52,549 nt of DNA from positions 1-52,549 of the IMG/VR virus record IMGVR_UViG_3300033153_009271. The stretch is one strand, 5' to 3'. The DNA is from a virus (Duplodnaviria; Caudoviricetes). Position numbers and translations under genes: made by a program. Below are positions 26,322-36,067 of this stretch, piece after piece. Numbering within the stretch: the stretch's first letter is position 1; each line of letters begins with the position of its first letter. A model generated the notes under the pieces. That model saw nothing but the letters and a program-made list of their open reading frames with translations, was not told where the DNA came from and did no database searches.

Positions 26322-26700
26322 TCGCTTTCGGCCAGAGTTGTATAAGTTCTTTGATCATATAGAACGTTCCACGCACCCTTGTCAAAAGTGCAGCAAGGTA
26401 ACTGGGTTCCGAATGCCTGGTGATGTCTTTGTGCAGAACGTTAATTCTGTAATGTCCATAGATGGGGAAAAGGCGTATCGTGTGTACTTTGTATGTGAGA
26501 GATGTAAGAACATAAATTTTGTCGGGTATACAAAGCCGGTGGATTTTGAGAAGAATCTTGGAAAGTATGAAGTAGGAGATGATCTACCTGATTATGATGC
26601 ATCAGAAGAAGTATGGGAGGATTGGGCGCGGGAACAACAGCGACAAGATTTGGGTAATAATCCAAAAGTGCCAGGTAGTGGTCTAATCTTGACTATCTGA
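26305..26700 (+). CDS. Hypothetical Zn-ribbon protein
   Basis: CQKC..CERC; start MSKKNS. Confidence 0.65.
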   Translation: MSKKNSRFRPELYKFFDHIERSTHPCQKCSKVTGFRMPGDVFVQNVNSVMSIDGEKAYRVYFVCERCKNINFVGYTKPVDFEKNLGKYEVGDDLPDYDASEEVWEDWAREQQRQDLGNNPKVPGSGLILTI

Positions 26701-26829
26701 TAGAGTTAGTGTATGTATTAGGGGAACGTTCTTTCTAATCATTGCACGTCATGTCGATGGCTGCGTTATGGGACCCTACCACCCTATGCCGGAGCCATTG
26801 GCTTCTACTATTTTTTTCTCATCTCACCA

Positions 26830-27705
26830 ATGCCCAATGCGCAAGGTTCTGGGGATTCGCAAGGACAGCCCCAGACGGCAGACCCAGCCGGAACAGGTCA
26901 CGCAGTTCTTGATGAACCGGAAGCAGGTACTCCTAATGATCCAGGTGTGTTTGGTGAAATCGCTCCAAGAGTTGACTACACCACCCCACCACCCGATAAG
27001 AAGGAACCAGCACCTCAATCGGCGGTACCACCGCCAGCTCCGGTCTCAACACCGCCGCCATCGCCTAAAGATGAGCGACACGCTCAAACGAAGATCAACG
27101 ATCTTGTTGATCAGAAGATTGCAGTAGCAGAGAAGTTAATAGAGAAGGATGCAGATGCTATCTATGAGATAGCAGAAAGCGATCCGGATCTTGCAGTATC
27201 ATTGCTAAAGCGACATTCTGAATATGAGACTAACAATGTTGAAGATCTCCTTGCTCGCAAGGAGGCTGGAACAGTAGATCTCGAAGGAGTCGCTGGAAAA
27301 GTACAAGCAACATCCAAAGAGGTTAAAGAACTTCGTAATGAGCTGATGGAGTCGCGCATCAGCGAGATGAGAACTAAACACCCTGACCTCAAGGGTGAGC
27401 TGGAGCAGAAATTCCGTGAGATGTACAACGATCCGAGGTTTAAGGATTACGGTCCTGACAAACTCTATAAGGTCGTCAAGGCTCTACACGGGAAAGAGCA
27501 ACAGCCGTCTATGGCTAACGACGTGGGCCTAGACATCCTCAAGCAGCAAGAGGGTGCTACCGTTCATATCCGTGGTGGGGAAGAGCCTCAGAAGAAGAGC
27601 AAGCTAACGCCTGATCAGCGTAAAGTGATGGAAGGATTCGATCATTCTGAGAAAGACCTTGAAACGTTCCTGCCAGAGAATATTGACGAGATACTGAACG
27701 AATAG
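26830..27705 (+). CDS. Capsid scaffolding protein (probable)
   Basis: Acidic/Pro-rich N-terminus, helical core, position before the capsid genes. Confidence 0.7.
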   Translation: MPNAQGSGDSQGQPQTADPAGTGHAVLDEPEAGTPNDPGVFGEIAPRVDYTTPPPDKKEPAPQSAVPPPAPVSTPPPSPKDERHAQTKINDLVDQKIAVAEKLIEKDADAIYEIAESDPDLAVSLLKRHSEYETNNVEDLLARKEAGTVDLEGVAGKVQATSKEVKELRNELMESRISEMRTKHPDLKGELEQKFREMYNDPRFKDYGPDKLYKVVKALHGKEQQPSMANDVGLDILKQQEGATVHIRGGEEPQKKSKLTPDQRKVMEGFDHSEKDLETFLPENIDEILNE

Positions 27706-27725
27706 TACGACATTTGTTTCCTGCA

Positions 27726-27756
27726 AGAGGGCGAGTCGAAAGGCTCACCCTTTTTT
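27726..27756 (+). terminator. Hairpin plus U-tract (terminator or attenuator)
   Basis: AGGGCGAGTC-GAAA-GGCTCACCCT-TTTTT. Confidence 0.6.
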
Positions 27757-27780
27757 ATATCGCTTTTCTCTTTAATTATT

Positions 27781-28212
27781 ATGCCTACACGACCTGGCTT
27801 TCAGCCTTACGGAGGCGCTCGTCTCAGGACGACACGTGGAAAGATGGTCGCATCAGAGGCTAAGAGTATTGGTGATGTGCTAGTTCACACTTCTGGTGCG
27901 AACACCTTTGAACTCGGCGCAACAGACGGAGTATTCGCCGCTGTCTATCATGATGCAGATCGCTCTGCGGCTCTGACGGACACTCCATACAAGACCATTA
28001 TCCCTATCACTCCAGACATGGAGTGGTACGCGCCTATCGAATCTGGCACTGGTGCAACTACGCTCGTTGGTACATATGTTGATCTTAATTCAGCAGATGG
28101 ACTTGACGTTGGTACTTCCACCAAAGATGACTTCATAATCACGAAGCACATCTCTACAACACTTTGTGTTGGCAGATTCAACTCCACGACAGCTACGCTG
28201 CCTGGAGCATAG
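27781..28212 (+). CDS. Capsid decoration/cement protein (probable)
   Basis: 143 aa, beta-rich, between scaffold and major capsid genes. Confidence 0.6.
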   Translation: MPTRPGFQPYGGARLRTTRGKMVASEAKSIGDVLVHTSGANTFELGATDGVFAAVYHDADRSAALTDTPYKTIIPITPDMEWYAPIESGTGATTLVGTYVDLNSADGLDVGTSTKDDFIITKHISTTLCVGRFNSTTATLPGA

Positions 28213-28240
28213 TTTTATTCGCTTTTCTCTTTTTTAACTC

Positions 28241-29224
28241 ATGCCTGCACCGTTATCCAATCCGTTTACCGGTGGTCAAATCAATGACATTCGAAAGAAT
28301 GGCCTTGTGTCGTGGCATAAAGGAGCACAAGTGAATATGGCTAAGATTCAGGGTATTCGTAGTCTTTTCTGGGAGAAAGGAGCGGCTGAATATACTGAGG
28401 AGCACAGCTCATTCGATGAGTCTGGCTTCGGTTCAAAGACCGGAGACGGTGAAGATTATAAGTTGACTCAAGATACCCAGGGAGATACGCAGAACTTCAC
28501 ACAGCAGAAGCGCACGGCGCGAAAGAAGATCACTGAGGATCTTTTGGAATTTTCCAAATATCCAGAGGTTGATCGAAAACTACGCGCGGTGGGTGGAAAA
28601 CTGTGGAGAGGTTACGCTCTCGATTTAGCACATCGTTTTACTTTTGCTTTTGACACGACTTACGATGACCGCGATGGAGAAGCCGTCGCAACAACCGGTG
28701 GTGATGCTGCTGCACTCTGTGCAGACACGCACACCCTTAACTCTGGAGATAGCTTCGACAACAAAATCACTGCACGCCTTTCAGAGGGTGCTTCTGAGTC
28801 TGCCGAAGATCTATTCGACGCAGTTATAAATCATAATGGTGATCTCGTTCATCCATCCGCTGACACTCTTGTCACTGGTACGCACGCGGCGACGCGTCAC
28901 GTTGCAATGAGGCTCACCAAGCAACCAATGCAGTTGGATACTGATTTTAATAACATCAGTGTCTATGCTGGCGAATTGCGCCATGTCGTTGTTCCGTATC
29001 TGGCCACGACAGCAGATGGTGCGAAGAACACAGCCAAGAGCCGTTTTTGGTTCTTGATTGATTCTTCACTCAAGGACAATCTTATGTCTGTTGTCCGCAG
29101 GTTCCCCAACCCGGAACGCCCAACTGTTGACCCTGATAACAACTCGGTACAGTTCAAGGCGAAGATGTGGTACGACATTGGTCATTTGGACGCGACGTTT
29201 ATTGTCGGTTCAAATGCTACTTAA
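28241..29224 (+). CDS. Major capsid protein
   Basis: 327 aa; ITEDL, GD..AL..DTH, WFL and terminal GSNAT patterns of Mu-gpT-like capsids; position. Confidence 0.82.
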   Translation: MPAPLSNPFTGGQINDIRKNGLVSWHKGAQVNMAKIQGIRSLFWEKGAAEYTEEHSSFDESGFGSKTGDGEDYKLTQDTQGDTQNFTQQKRTARKKITEDLLEFSKYPEVDRKLRAVGGKLWRGYALDLAHRFTFAFDTTYDDRDGEAVATTGGDAAALCADTHTLNSGDSFDNKITARLSEGASESAEDLFDAVINHNGDLVHPSADTLVTGTHAATRHVAMRLTKQPMQLDTDFNNISVYAGELRHVVVPYLATTADGAKNTAKSRFWFLIDSSLKDNLMSVVRRFPNPERPTVDPDNNSVQFKAKMWYDIGHLDATFIVGSNAT

Positions 29225-29229
29225 AACTC

Positions 29230-29256
29230 GGGGGGTGAAGTGCCCCCCTCTATTTC
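29230..29256 (+). terminator. Putative terminator after the capsid gene
   Basis: GGGGGG-TGAAGTG-CCCCCC followed by a T-rich tract. Confidence 0.55.
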
Positions 29257-29272
29257 TTTCCATTTCTGACCT

Positions 29273-30811
29273 ATGCCACCCAATGCATATAACCTGAAAT
29301 CCTCAAACCTTAAGGGACAAATCCCAGAAGTCACTGGAGAGGTCTACTTCGTGAATAACACGAATGGCAACTCTAATGCTGATGGTAGTCTTCATAATCC
29401 TTTCTCTTCGATCGAGAACGCGTTCAATGTCGCCGGTCTTTCGTCAGGTGATGCAATCATCTGTACAGAGGGACATGCGGAAACTGTCTCTGGTGCCGCC
29501 GGAATTGTCGCCGACGTCGCCGGTGTTCGCGTTATTGGTATTGGAGAGGGGGCAGCAACTCCAACGATTACTTTCTCAGCGACAGCATCCACAATCACTG
29601 CCACTGCTGCGAGTATTACGTTCGAGAACTTCATTATTATACCGAGTATCGACTCGGTTGTGAGTCCATTTGTCGTTTCGGCGGCAGATGTGACTATTGG
29701 GACTAAGGAACGTCCCGTTCAATTCCGCGATGCTTCTTCAACCGTGGAAATGGTACGAGGCATCCTTACAACCGCTGCAGCAGACAACTTTAATGCAAAC
29801 ATCATTTATAAAGGCTACACAGGAGGAGATGCTGGCGTGAATGCAATCCGACTTGTCGGTTGCGACAACGCGAACATTAATGTGGACTACTACGGAGTGG
29901 TAACTACCGGTGTAGTTGAATTCCACACAACCCCATGTACCAACGTGCATGTTACCGGACGGTTCTATGTTCACGGTACAACTGACCTCTCGTTGAATGT
30001 TGTTGACACTGTTACCGGTTCAACATGGTCTGTCGATGCCTTTGATGCAACTGCGGATGTTGAATTCTCTGGAGGTGATGCGGCGGCCGTTGCGTCTGAT
30101 GACGTAGCGACCATCCTCACTGAAATTGGAGGAGACGACGCTACAACGACTGACAGTCTTAATGGTAAGATCGGTACTGACACCGAAATGGCTGACAATT
30201 CGCTCTATGATCTGCTTGGCTCTGGATCGAAGACTCTCGACCTATCGGCAGCGATTGGCTCATCAGTAGACGGAGCCACAACGGATACCCTTCATGGGAA
30301 GGTTGGAACCGATACTGAAATGGCTGACCACTCCCTATATGATCTTACAACTGGCGCAGACGGCTACTTTGTACCCGGTCTTGGTTTCAAAGTAACTAAG
30401 ACTCAGGATGCCACAGCGGCAACCGATGACCTCTTTGATGTCACTGGAAAGGTAGCTATTACACTCTGGATCGGCGAAGTGATCGCGGCAATTACTAATG
30501 ATTCAATTGATCTTGACCTTCGTGTCAAGACATCAAATGAGCCACTTGTTGCTCAGACGGTCATTGATAATGATGGTGTCGGAACTCACTACCTTGTTGA
30601 TGGTGATGTGGGTTCGACCCTGAATGCTGGAGATGCTCCTACAACAGATGTTGCTTGGAGTGCCACCGGGGCAAACTCTCCGATTATTATCAACGGAACT
30701 AACACCATTGAGAGCGCTATTACAGGTACCCCAACTGGCTCTGATGCAATTCTTTGGGAACTGTGGTATCTCCCACTTGAATCTGGTGCTTCCGTAGCTG
30801 CAGCCGCCTAG
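29273..30811 (+). CDS. Virion structural protein (beta-helix-like N-terminus, internal duplication)
   Basis: VYFVNN..G..ADGS..NPFSSI..A..GDAI; repeat TTDSLNGKIGTDTEMADNSLYDL / TTDTLHGKVGTDTEMADHSLYDL. Confidence 0.7.
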   Translation: MPPNAYNLKSSNLKGQIPEVTGEVYFVNNTNGNSNADGSLHNPFSSIENAFNVAGLSSGDAIICTEGHAETVSGAAGIVADVAGVRVIGIGEGAATPTITFSATASTITATAASITFENFIIIPSIDSVVSPFVVSAADVTIGTKERPVQFRDASSTVEMVRGILTTAAADNFNANIIYKGYTGGDAGVNAIRLVGCDNANINVDYYGVVTTGVVEFHTTPCTNVHVTGRFYVHGTTDLSLNVVDTVTGSTWSVDAFDATADVEFSGGDAAAVASDDVATILTEIGGDDATTTDSLNGKIGTDTEMADNSLYDLLGSGSKTLDLSAAIGSSVDGATTDTLHGKVGTDTEMADHSLYDLTTGADGYFVPGLGFKVTKTQDATAATDDLFDVTGKVAITLWIGEVIAAITNDSIDLDLRVKTSNEPLVAQTVIDNDGVGTHYLVDGDVGSTLNAGDAPTTDVAWSATGANSPIIINGTNTIESAITGTPTGSDAILWELWYLPLESGASVAAAA

Positions 30812-30823
30812 TTTGAGGCTCCA

Positions 30824-30849
30824 CTCAGTCCCGCTTCTGCGGGATTGAG
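30824..30849 (+). other. Intergenic stem-loop
   Basis: CTCAGTCCCGC-TTCT-GCGGGATTGAG. Confidence 0.55.
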
Positions 30850-30894
30850 ATGGGGTCTCACCCCAATCTCCTATCACTTACCCCCTTTACTCTC

Positions 30895-31665
30895 ATGGCA
30901 GAGCTAAAAATGAAGCAGTATCGTAAGCTGCAATCTCTAGGCGCAGAACCAATACCGCGTCCGAGTGATATTAATTTCGCTGATAACCTATCATTACAAA
31001 AGACTCCTGGCAGACATCATAGGCCAGAATTTAGAGAGTGTGGTACATATCTACACCCAAATCTAATTGCGTATCGCTTGCGCGTCGCTAAGGATAGAAT
31101 CAAGAGATTCGATGCAATGATCGCTACAGATACAGAGATGAAGAAGTATTCATCAAACCGTACAATTTTAGAAGATAACGTGAGAACTGAGCAGAAGAAT
31201 CTACGTGAAACTATTAATGGTAAGACACCGATTGGAAAAATCCTACGCTCAGAAGAGCGTGATTACCCATACCGTATTGTTGGTATGGACTACGTATCTA
31301 TCCTTGAAGACTTTGAAGAGGCAGAAGCAGAGGATCACGATGTTCAGGTAACGATACAGAAGCCCGAGATTGTTGATGAGACAGTAGAGGAGCGTACTGT
31401 TATCGATGTGACAGATTCTCCGGTGAATCCAAATGCATCTTGGGAGGAGGTTCAGGCGATGAGTGATAGAGATATGCGAGAGTTTTGTAGAGCTATAGAC
31501 CTTGATGTTCATCACGCCACAGGAAGAGACAAGCGTTTGGAAGCCATCCGTGAAAAACTGTTAGGTGCTGAGCCTGTAAATCCGAACGAACCTGATGATG
31601 TCGCAAAAGCTGCTGCTGCAGCAACTTCTACTCCGAGAGAGGATCTATCTTCTGATGATGAATAA
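30895..31665 (+). CDS. Hypothetical protein
   Basis: Start MAELK; small C-terminal helical domain. Confidence 0.7.
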   Translation: MAELKMKQYRKLQSLGAEPIPRPSDINFADNLSLQKTPGRHHRPEFRECGTYLHPNLIAYRLRVAKDRIKRFDAMIATDTEMKKYSSNRTILEDNVRTEQKNLRETINGKTPIGKILRSEERDYPYRIVGMDYVSILEDFEEAEAEDHDVQVTIQKPEIVDETVEERTVIDVTDSPVNPNASWEEVQAMSDRDMREFCRAIDLDVHHATGRDKRLEAIREKLLGAEPVNPNEPDDVAKAAAAATSTPREDLSSDDE

Positions 31666-31679
31666 TCTTTGTTTCTCCT

Positions 31680-32477
31680 ATGACTGATTATAACTTCAAT
31701 ACATTCGGCGATGTAGTAACAGAAGCATATAATGAGATGTCTCTTAATAGCTCGAATCCAGTCGCCGGTCTTGGGCAATCAGACATGGAAAAGTGGGCTA
31801 ACAGATTTAGTAAAATATTTATCGAGAAGACTCGACTGAAGACGCAGGACGCCACGTGGACTTTCCGCACGGTTGCGGATACTACTCTGGCGTCCGACGC
31901 GGCTTCTGGTGCTACATCACTTTCAATGACATCGGCGACTGGTTTTCCAACTACTGGTGGGCTTGTGTTGCTTGACAATATCCCTTATGTGTATACTGCT
32001 ATTGTTGGTACTACAATGACGGTCTCGGCCATTGCTAGAGGATTTGATGCTGGAGATAGTATGCAACTTGGGTATGCGCTACCAACTAACTTTGGGAAAC
32101 CTCGATCATTCTTCGTTGATGGTGCTCTTTATAGGTATGCGAAATGGGGTGTGGAAGAGAATGTAGAAGCAAGGTTCTTCTCTATCTTCTCGACATATAT
32201 AGTATTGCCGCCTTCGATGGGTGCGGGTAGTGATGTGACTGTGAGTTATTACAAGAAGGCAACGAATACTCTTACGAGTACTAGCACGATGGAAATCTAT
32301 CAAATGTGGGATGCTTATGTGATTTATCGTTTGGCCGCGCGGGGGTATCGCAAACTCTATGATTCAGGTAAGGCTTCCGAATATGAAGCTCTTGCTAGAG
32401 AGATGCTTAATGCAGCTCGCTCCCAGATTGCGACTGAGGATGATTCTGTACATCGTTCCTTTTCACCAGGTTGGTAA
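31680..32477 (+). CDS. Head-tail adaptor (tail tubular A-like), probable
   Basis: Helical N- and C-termini typical of adaptors; position. Confidence 0.65.
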   Translation: MTDYNFNTFGDVVTEAYNEMSLNSSNPVAGLGQSDMEKWANRFSKIFIEKTRLKTQDATWTFRTVADTTLASDAASGATSLSMTSATGFPTTGGLVLLDNIPYVYTAIVGTTMTVSAIARGFDAGDSMQLGYALPTNFGKPRSFFVDGALYRYAKWGVEENVEARFFSIFSTYIVLPPSMGAGSDVTVSYYKKATNTLTSTSTMEIYQMWDAYVIYRLAARGYRKLYDSGKASEYEALAREMLNAARSQIATEDDSVHRSFSPGW

Positions 32478-34216
32478 TGCCTAGAGAGAAGTTACTCGTC
32501 GGCGAACATATGGCGGGTGGTCTGAACCTAGCCGCGGGAGAGAAGAATGTGGGAGAAGAACAGAATATTGAGTCTCGTCATATGTCGTATTCTCCTGATG
32601 GAGCTGTAGTTGCGAGTCTTGGGTATTCAATGCCGTCTGCTTGGACAGTAGCGGAGACTGGGGAGGGGATTGATGGTCTCTATGAGATGGGAGAATACCC
32701 GCTTGTGTTCAAAGCTGTAAACGGCAAGATTCTCTATACGAATGCGACGACAGTGGATTGGATGGAGGCGGATACAGGAATATCCTTGACGAAGGATAAC
32801 CCTGTGTTCTTCACCGAGTTCCGTGGGAATATCTACTACTGCAATGGTGTGGAAGATGCAGGTGTGATTGCTGTAGGAAGACTGGACACTGCTATAACAG
32901 TTGCTTCTACTACGATTGAACTTGCAGATGATAATGGATTCAGATTTAACAATGGTGTAGATAAGGTTTATATTGAAGGAGACGAGATTGATTATACTGC
33001 TGTATCGACTGATGATCTTACGACTGTAACGAATATCACTGCCTCTCACGATGCGGATACATATGTCACACAGGCGCGGACTATCACTGCTCCAGCGAGT
33101 ACCTCATTAAAATGCAAGACTATGGCGATGTGGCAGAGCACTCTTTGGCTTGGTGGCCTTTCTGATTTTCCGGGTGCTATTCCATATAGTAAAAGCACTA
33201 CAAATATTGGGAATGTAGACAATGTGAAGGATTTTACGGATGACAATAACTATCTGCTACGCAAGGGTGCGGTAACAGCATTGCTTCCTACGCGTGATCG
33301 TCTCTACGTCTTCTCTGAAAAGGAGGTGTATTATATTACGATTGAGATTACCTCCAATGGTTTGCGTGTTTTCTCTGAGATTCGTCTCTTCACACCGAAT
33401 TATGGAACCCCTAATGCATTTACAGTGGAGGAGATGGAGGATGTCGTGACGTTTTATACTGGAGATCGCTTCATTCGTATTGGATATGATCCAGATATTG
33501 ATCAACTCCTTCCTGATGAAAAATTTGATGAAGAGGTTTATCCTATCCTTGATATATCACGTCGATACCCGCAAACTGCAGCACGTCTTAAATATATTCC
33601 TCACGAAAAGAAAAATAGGCTTACTCTGAATATTGATGGCAAACTAAAAACTATCACCTATGATAATAGGCTTGATGAGTATAGCTATCCAGATGAACAA
33701 GATGTGGCATTTTATGTCGCGTTCGATGGTTTCACGTACTTTGGAAATCCAGATGATGACAAGGTATATAGGGTTGGAGGTGACTATGAAGCGGACGGTC
33801 TTGCAGTTCCTCATTCTTATACTACAGGCCGATATGATCTTGGAGATCGTAATTCGAAGTTTTTTAGAGATGGAGTGATTGAGGGATTTATTGGCGCGAA
33901 CACTACAATCAATTTTGAAGTGCTTATAAATGATGTGGTAGTCGGTGGGATACGAACGATTACCGGTCAGACTCATGGAGACTTAGCTTCTAATGCTAAA
34001 GCGATAGGAGATCTTCTTGTTGGATCTGGTACGGAGGTTGGTGGTGGTGGTGATACAACAGCTTTGTATCCTTTCAGATATCCGTTCGTTATTGCCGGAC
34101 GAGGCGAAGATATCAAGTTACGTTTCTCTTCTTTTACAGAAGGTTCAACATGGGCCATCGATAAGTGGCAAGTCAGTGTTGTTCTCTTCGATGATGTACC
34201 AGACACCGCATATTAA
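32477..34216 (+). CDS. Tail nozzle (tubular B / P22 gp10-like), probable
   Basis: GGLN start motif, beta-propeller-like composition, follows the adaptor. Confidence 0.7.
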   Translation: MPREKLLVGEHMAGGLNLAAGEKNVGEEQNIESRHMSYSPDGAVVASLGYSMPSAWTVAETGEGIDGLYEMGEYPLVFKAVNGKILYTNATTVDWMEADTGISLTKDNPVFFTEFRGNIYYCNGVEDAGVIAVGRLDTAITVASTTIELADDNGFRFNNGVDKVYIEGDEIDYTAVSTDDLTTVTNITASHDADTYVTQARTITAPASTSLKCKTMAMWQSTLWLGGLSDFPGAIPYSKSTTNIGNVDNVKDFTDDNNYLLRKGAVTALLPTRDRLYVFSEKEVYYITIEITSNGLRVFSEIRLFTPNYGTPNAFTVEEMEDVVTFYTGDRFIRIGYDPDIDQLLPDEKFDEEVYPILDISRRYPQTAARLKYIPHEKKNRLTLNIDGKLKTITYDNRLDEYSYPDEQDVAFYVAFDGFTYFGNPDDDKVYRVGGDYEADGLAVPHSYTTGRYDLGDRNSKFFRDGVIEGFIGANTTINFEVLINDVVVGGIRTITGQTHGDLASNAKAIGDLLVGSGTEVGGGGDTTALYPFRYPFVIAGRGEDIKLRFSSFTEGSTWAIDKWQVSVVLFDDVPDTAY

Positions 34217-34704
34217 TGCTTAATCTTATCTCTATATATCTGGCAACAATCATGACACCAATCTTGGTGGGTATCTCCTCTATATACGGAATGATCACGT
34301 TTCCTCCAATAAAAATTGCTTCTTGGGAGGGTATTTTTACAATGATGGCATTGTTTGTCAGTGCTTCCATAGTAGTATCTCGCGTGCGCACGTTGATGTT
34401 TGGTATGATTAGTTACCTCAAGGTTCTCAATATTGTTATTAAGAATATTGCCATCAATATGATGAACGTATTCCTTCCGCGTCAACTTTCTCCCAAGGTG
34501 ATCTTCCATGATCTTCCTGTGAAGAAGTTTTCTCTTCTTGCCTACTTTAATACAAAGATATCCTTGCTCATTAGGCCATCCTTCGCCTGGCATACGATTT
34601 ATTCTGTCCAATCTGCCGTAGAGACGTTTTCTGTCATAATGAATGCTGCAATATCCTTTTGCCAAGACCTCTTTGGGGCAGTTATCAACAGAACACGTAT
34701 TCAT
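34213..34704 (-). CDS. HNH homing endonuclease, antisense within the late operon
   Basis: LHRKIMEDHLGRKL...EYVHHIDGNILNNNIENLEV..H...H; N-terminal CSVDNC..GYCSIHY. Confidence 0.9.
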   Translation of the reverse strand: MNTCSVDNCPKEVLAKGYCSIHYDRKRLYGRLDRINRMPGEGWPNEQGYLCIKVGKKRKLLHRKIMEDHLGRKLTRKEYVHHIDGNILNNNIENLEVTNHTKHQRAHARYYYGSTDKQCHHCKNTLPRSNFYWRKRDHSVYRGDTHQDWCHDCCQIYRDKIKH

Positions 34705-34742
34705 ACGGTGATGTTACCTTCTATTCATTACTAAAGTCAATT

Positions 34743-36065
34743 ATGGCTAATATTACTACACCACAGGATGTTAAATCTGGCGACAAGACAACGTTGGCCG
34801 TGAATATTACTGCTACTCAAACGTCAGGGATTAAATTTTCTGCTATTACACGCAATGGAACAACAACGAACTGGCAAACGGAATCTGGTATTGCCGAGAT
34901 TAGAGAGGTTGTTGGTGGTGATGAGAAAGTTGAGTGGATGAGCTTTAACGGATTGACAGTCAATTCAGATAGTTCTATTACGCTAACCGCTGCTGGCGTT
35001 GGTCGTGGGCTTGATCCTACGGCAGACAACCTTACCGCGTCTGGTACTGGTCAGGCATTCTCCAAGAATGCTGAGGTGAGGCTTGTTGTCTATCATCACT
35101 CATTGAACCAGAAAGCAGATGTGGATCGGGCAAATACTTTCTCTAAGGATCAGACATTCACAGAGGATATTGACATGGCAGCCAACAAGGAGTTGCGATT
35201 TGATACTCAGGAGAAAATCTACTCTGATGGAGTTGATCTTATACTTGCTTCTAGGACCACAGCAGCAACATCGCTGGAAGATCTTGCCGCTGCCGCAGGA
35301 ACAGATGAGAAAAGTAAGGTATCATCTAATGATACCAATACAGGATATCTTTCTGAGAAGATTACTGGTGGGGATGGTATTACTGTGACGGAGATCAATG
35401 ATGCAGGGGATGAAGATTTGGATATTGATGTGGAACTTGCTACGGACTCTGGGCTGGAATTTTCCAGCAACAAGTTGAGGGCAAAAGTGAAAACTAATGG
35501 TGGAGTTACGAGAGACAGTGATGGATTATCTGTTGATCTCAGTAATGAAGTTCTTGTCATTCCGAAGTATTCAAATACTGCCGATTCAACAACCGTTGTC
35601 AGCACTACATCGGAGACGGATTTGGATAAGTATTACACAATTCCAGCGAATGATCTTGCCATTGGTGATGTGTATAGAATGAAAGCCAGTCTAATAATCA
35701 GCACAGCAAGCGGCGGTTCTGGTCACATGACACTACGTTTGAAATTCGGAAGCACAACACTCGCCACATGGGTAGATTATCAGGATACAAGTACCCCGGG
35801 AGATGATGTTCTTGAAATTGAAGCGTGCTTCATTTGCAGGACAATAGGTGGGACAGGAACGATAAGCCCTGTCATGAAAATGATTTTGGAGGGTTCTGTG
35901 AACTGGCAGCTTGGAAATACTTTCTTCTCTTCTCCGACACCTGTCACTGTAGATACTACAGCGAATGCAGCATTCAAACTCACTGCTCAACCTGAAAACA
36001 ACAGTGTAAACGATTCTGCGATTTTGCGGAACATTATTATTGAAAAGGTTATTAACCCTAATTAG
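34743..36065 (+). CDS. Tail or virion structural protein
   Basis: T/S/D-rich; KVSSNDT..GYL.EKI fibre-type motif. Confidence 0.65.
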   Translation: MANITTPQDVKSGDKTTLAVNITATQTSGIKFSAITRNGTTTNWQTESGIAEIREVVGGDEKVEWMSFNGLTVNSDSSITLTAAGVGRGLDPTADNLTASGTGQAFSKNAEVRLVVYHHSLNQKADVDRANTFSKDQTFTEDIDMAANKELRFDTQEKIYSDGVDLILASRTTAATSLEDLAAAAGTDEKSKVSSNDTNTGYLSEKITGGDGITVTEINDAGDEDLDIDVELATDSGLEFSSNKLRAKVKTNGGVTRDSDGLSVDLSNEVLVIPKYSNTADSTTVVSTTSETDLDKYYTIPANDLAIGDVYRMKASLIISTASGGSGHMTLRLKFGSTTLATWVDYQDTSTPGDDVLEIEACFICRTIGGTGTISPVMKMILEGSVNWQLGNTFFSSPTPVTVDTTANAAFKLTAQPENNSVNDSAILRNIIIEKVINPN

Positions 36066-36067
36066 TT

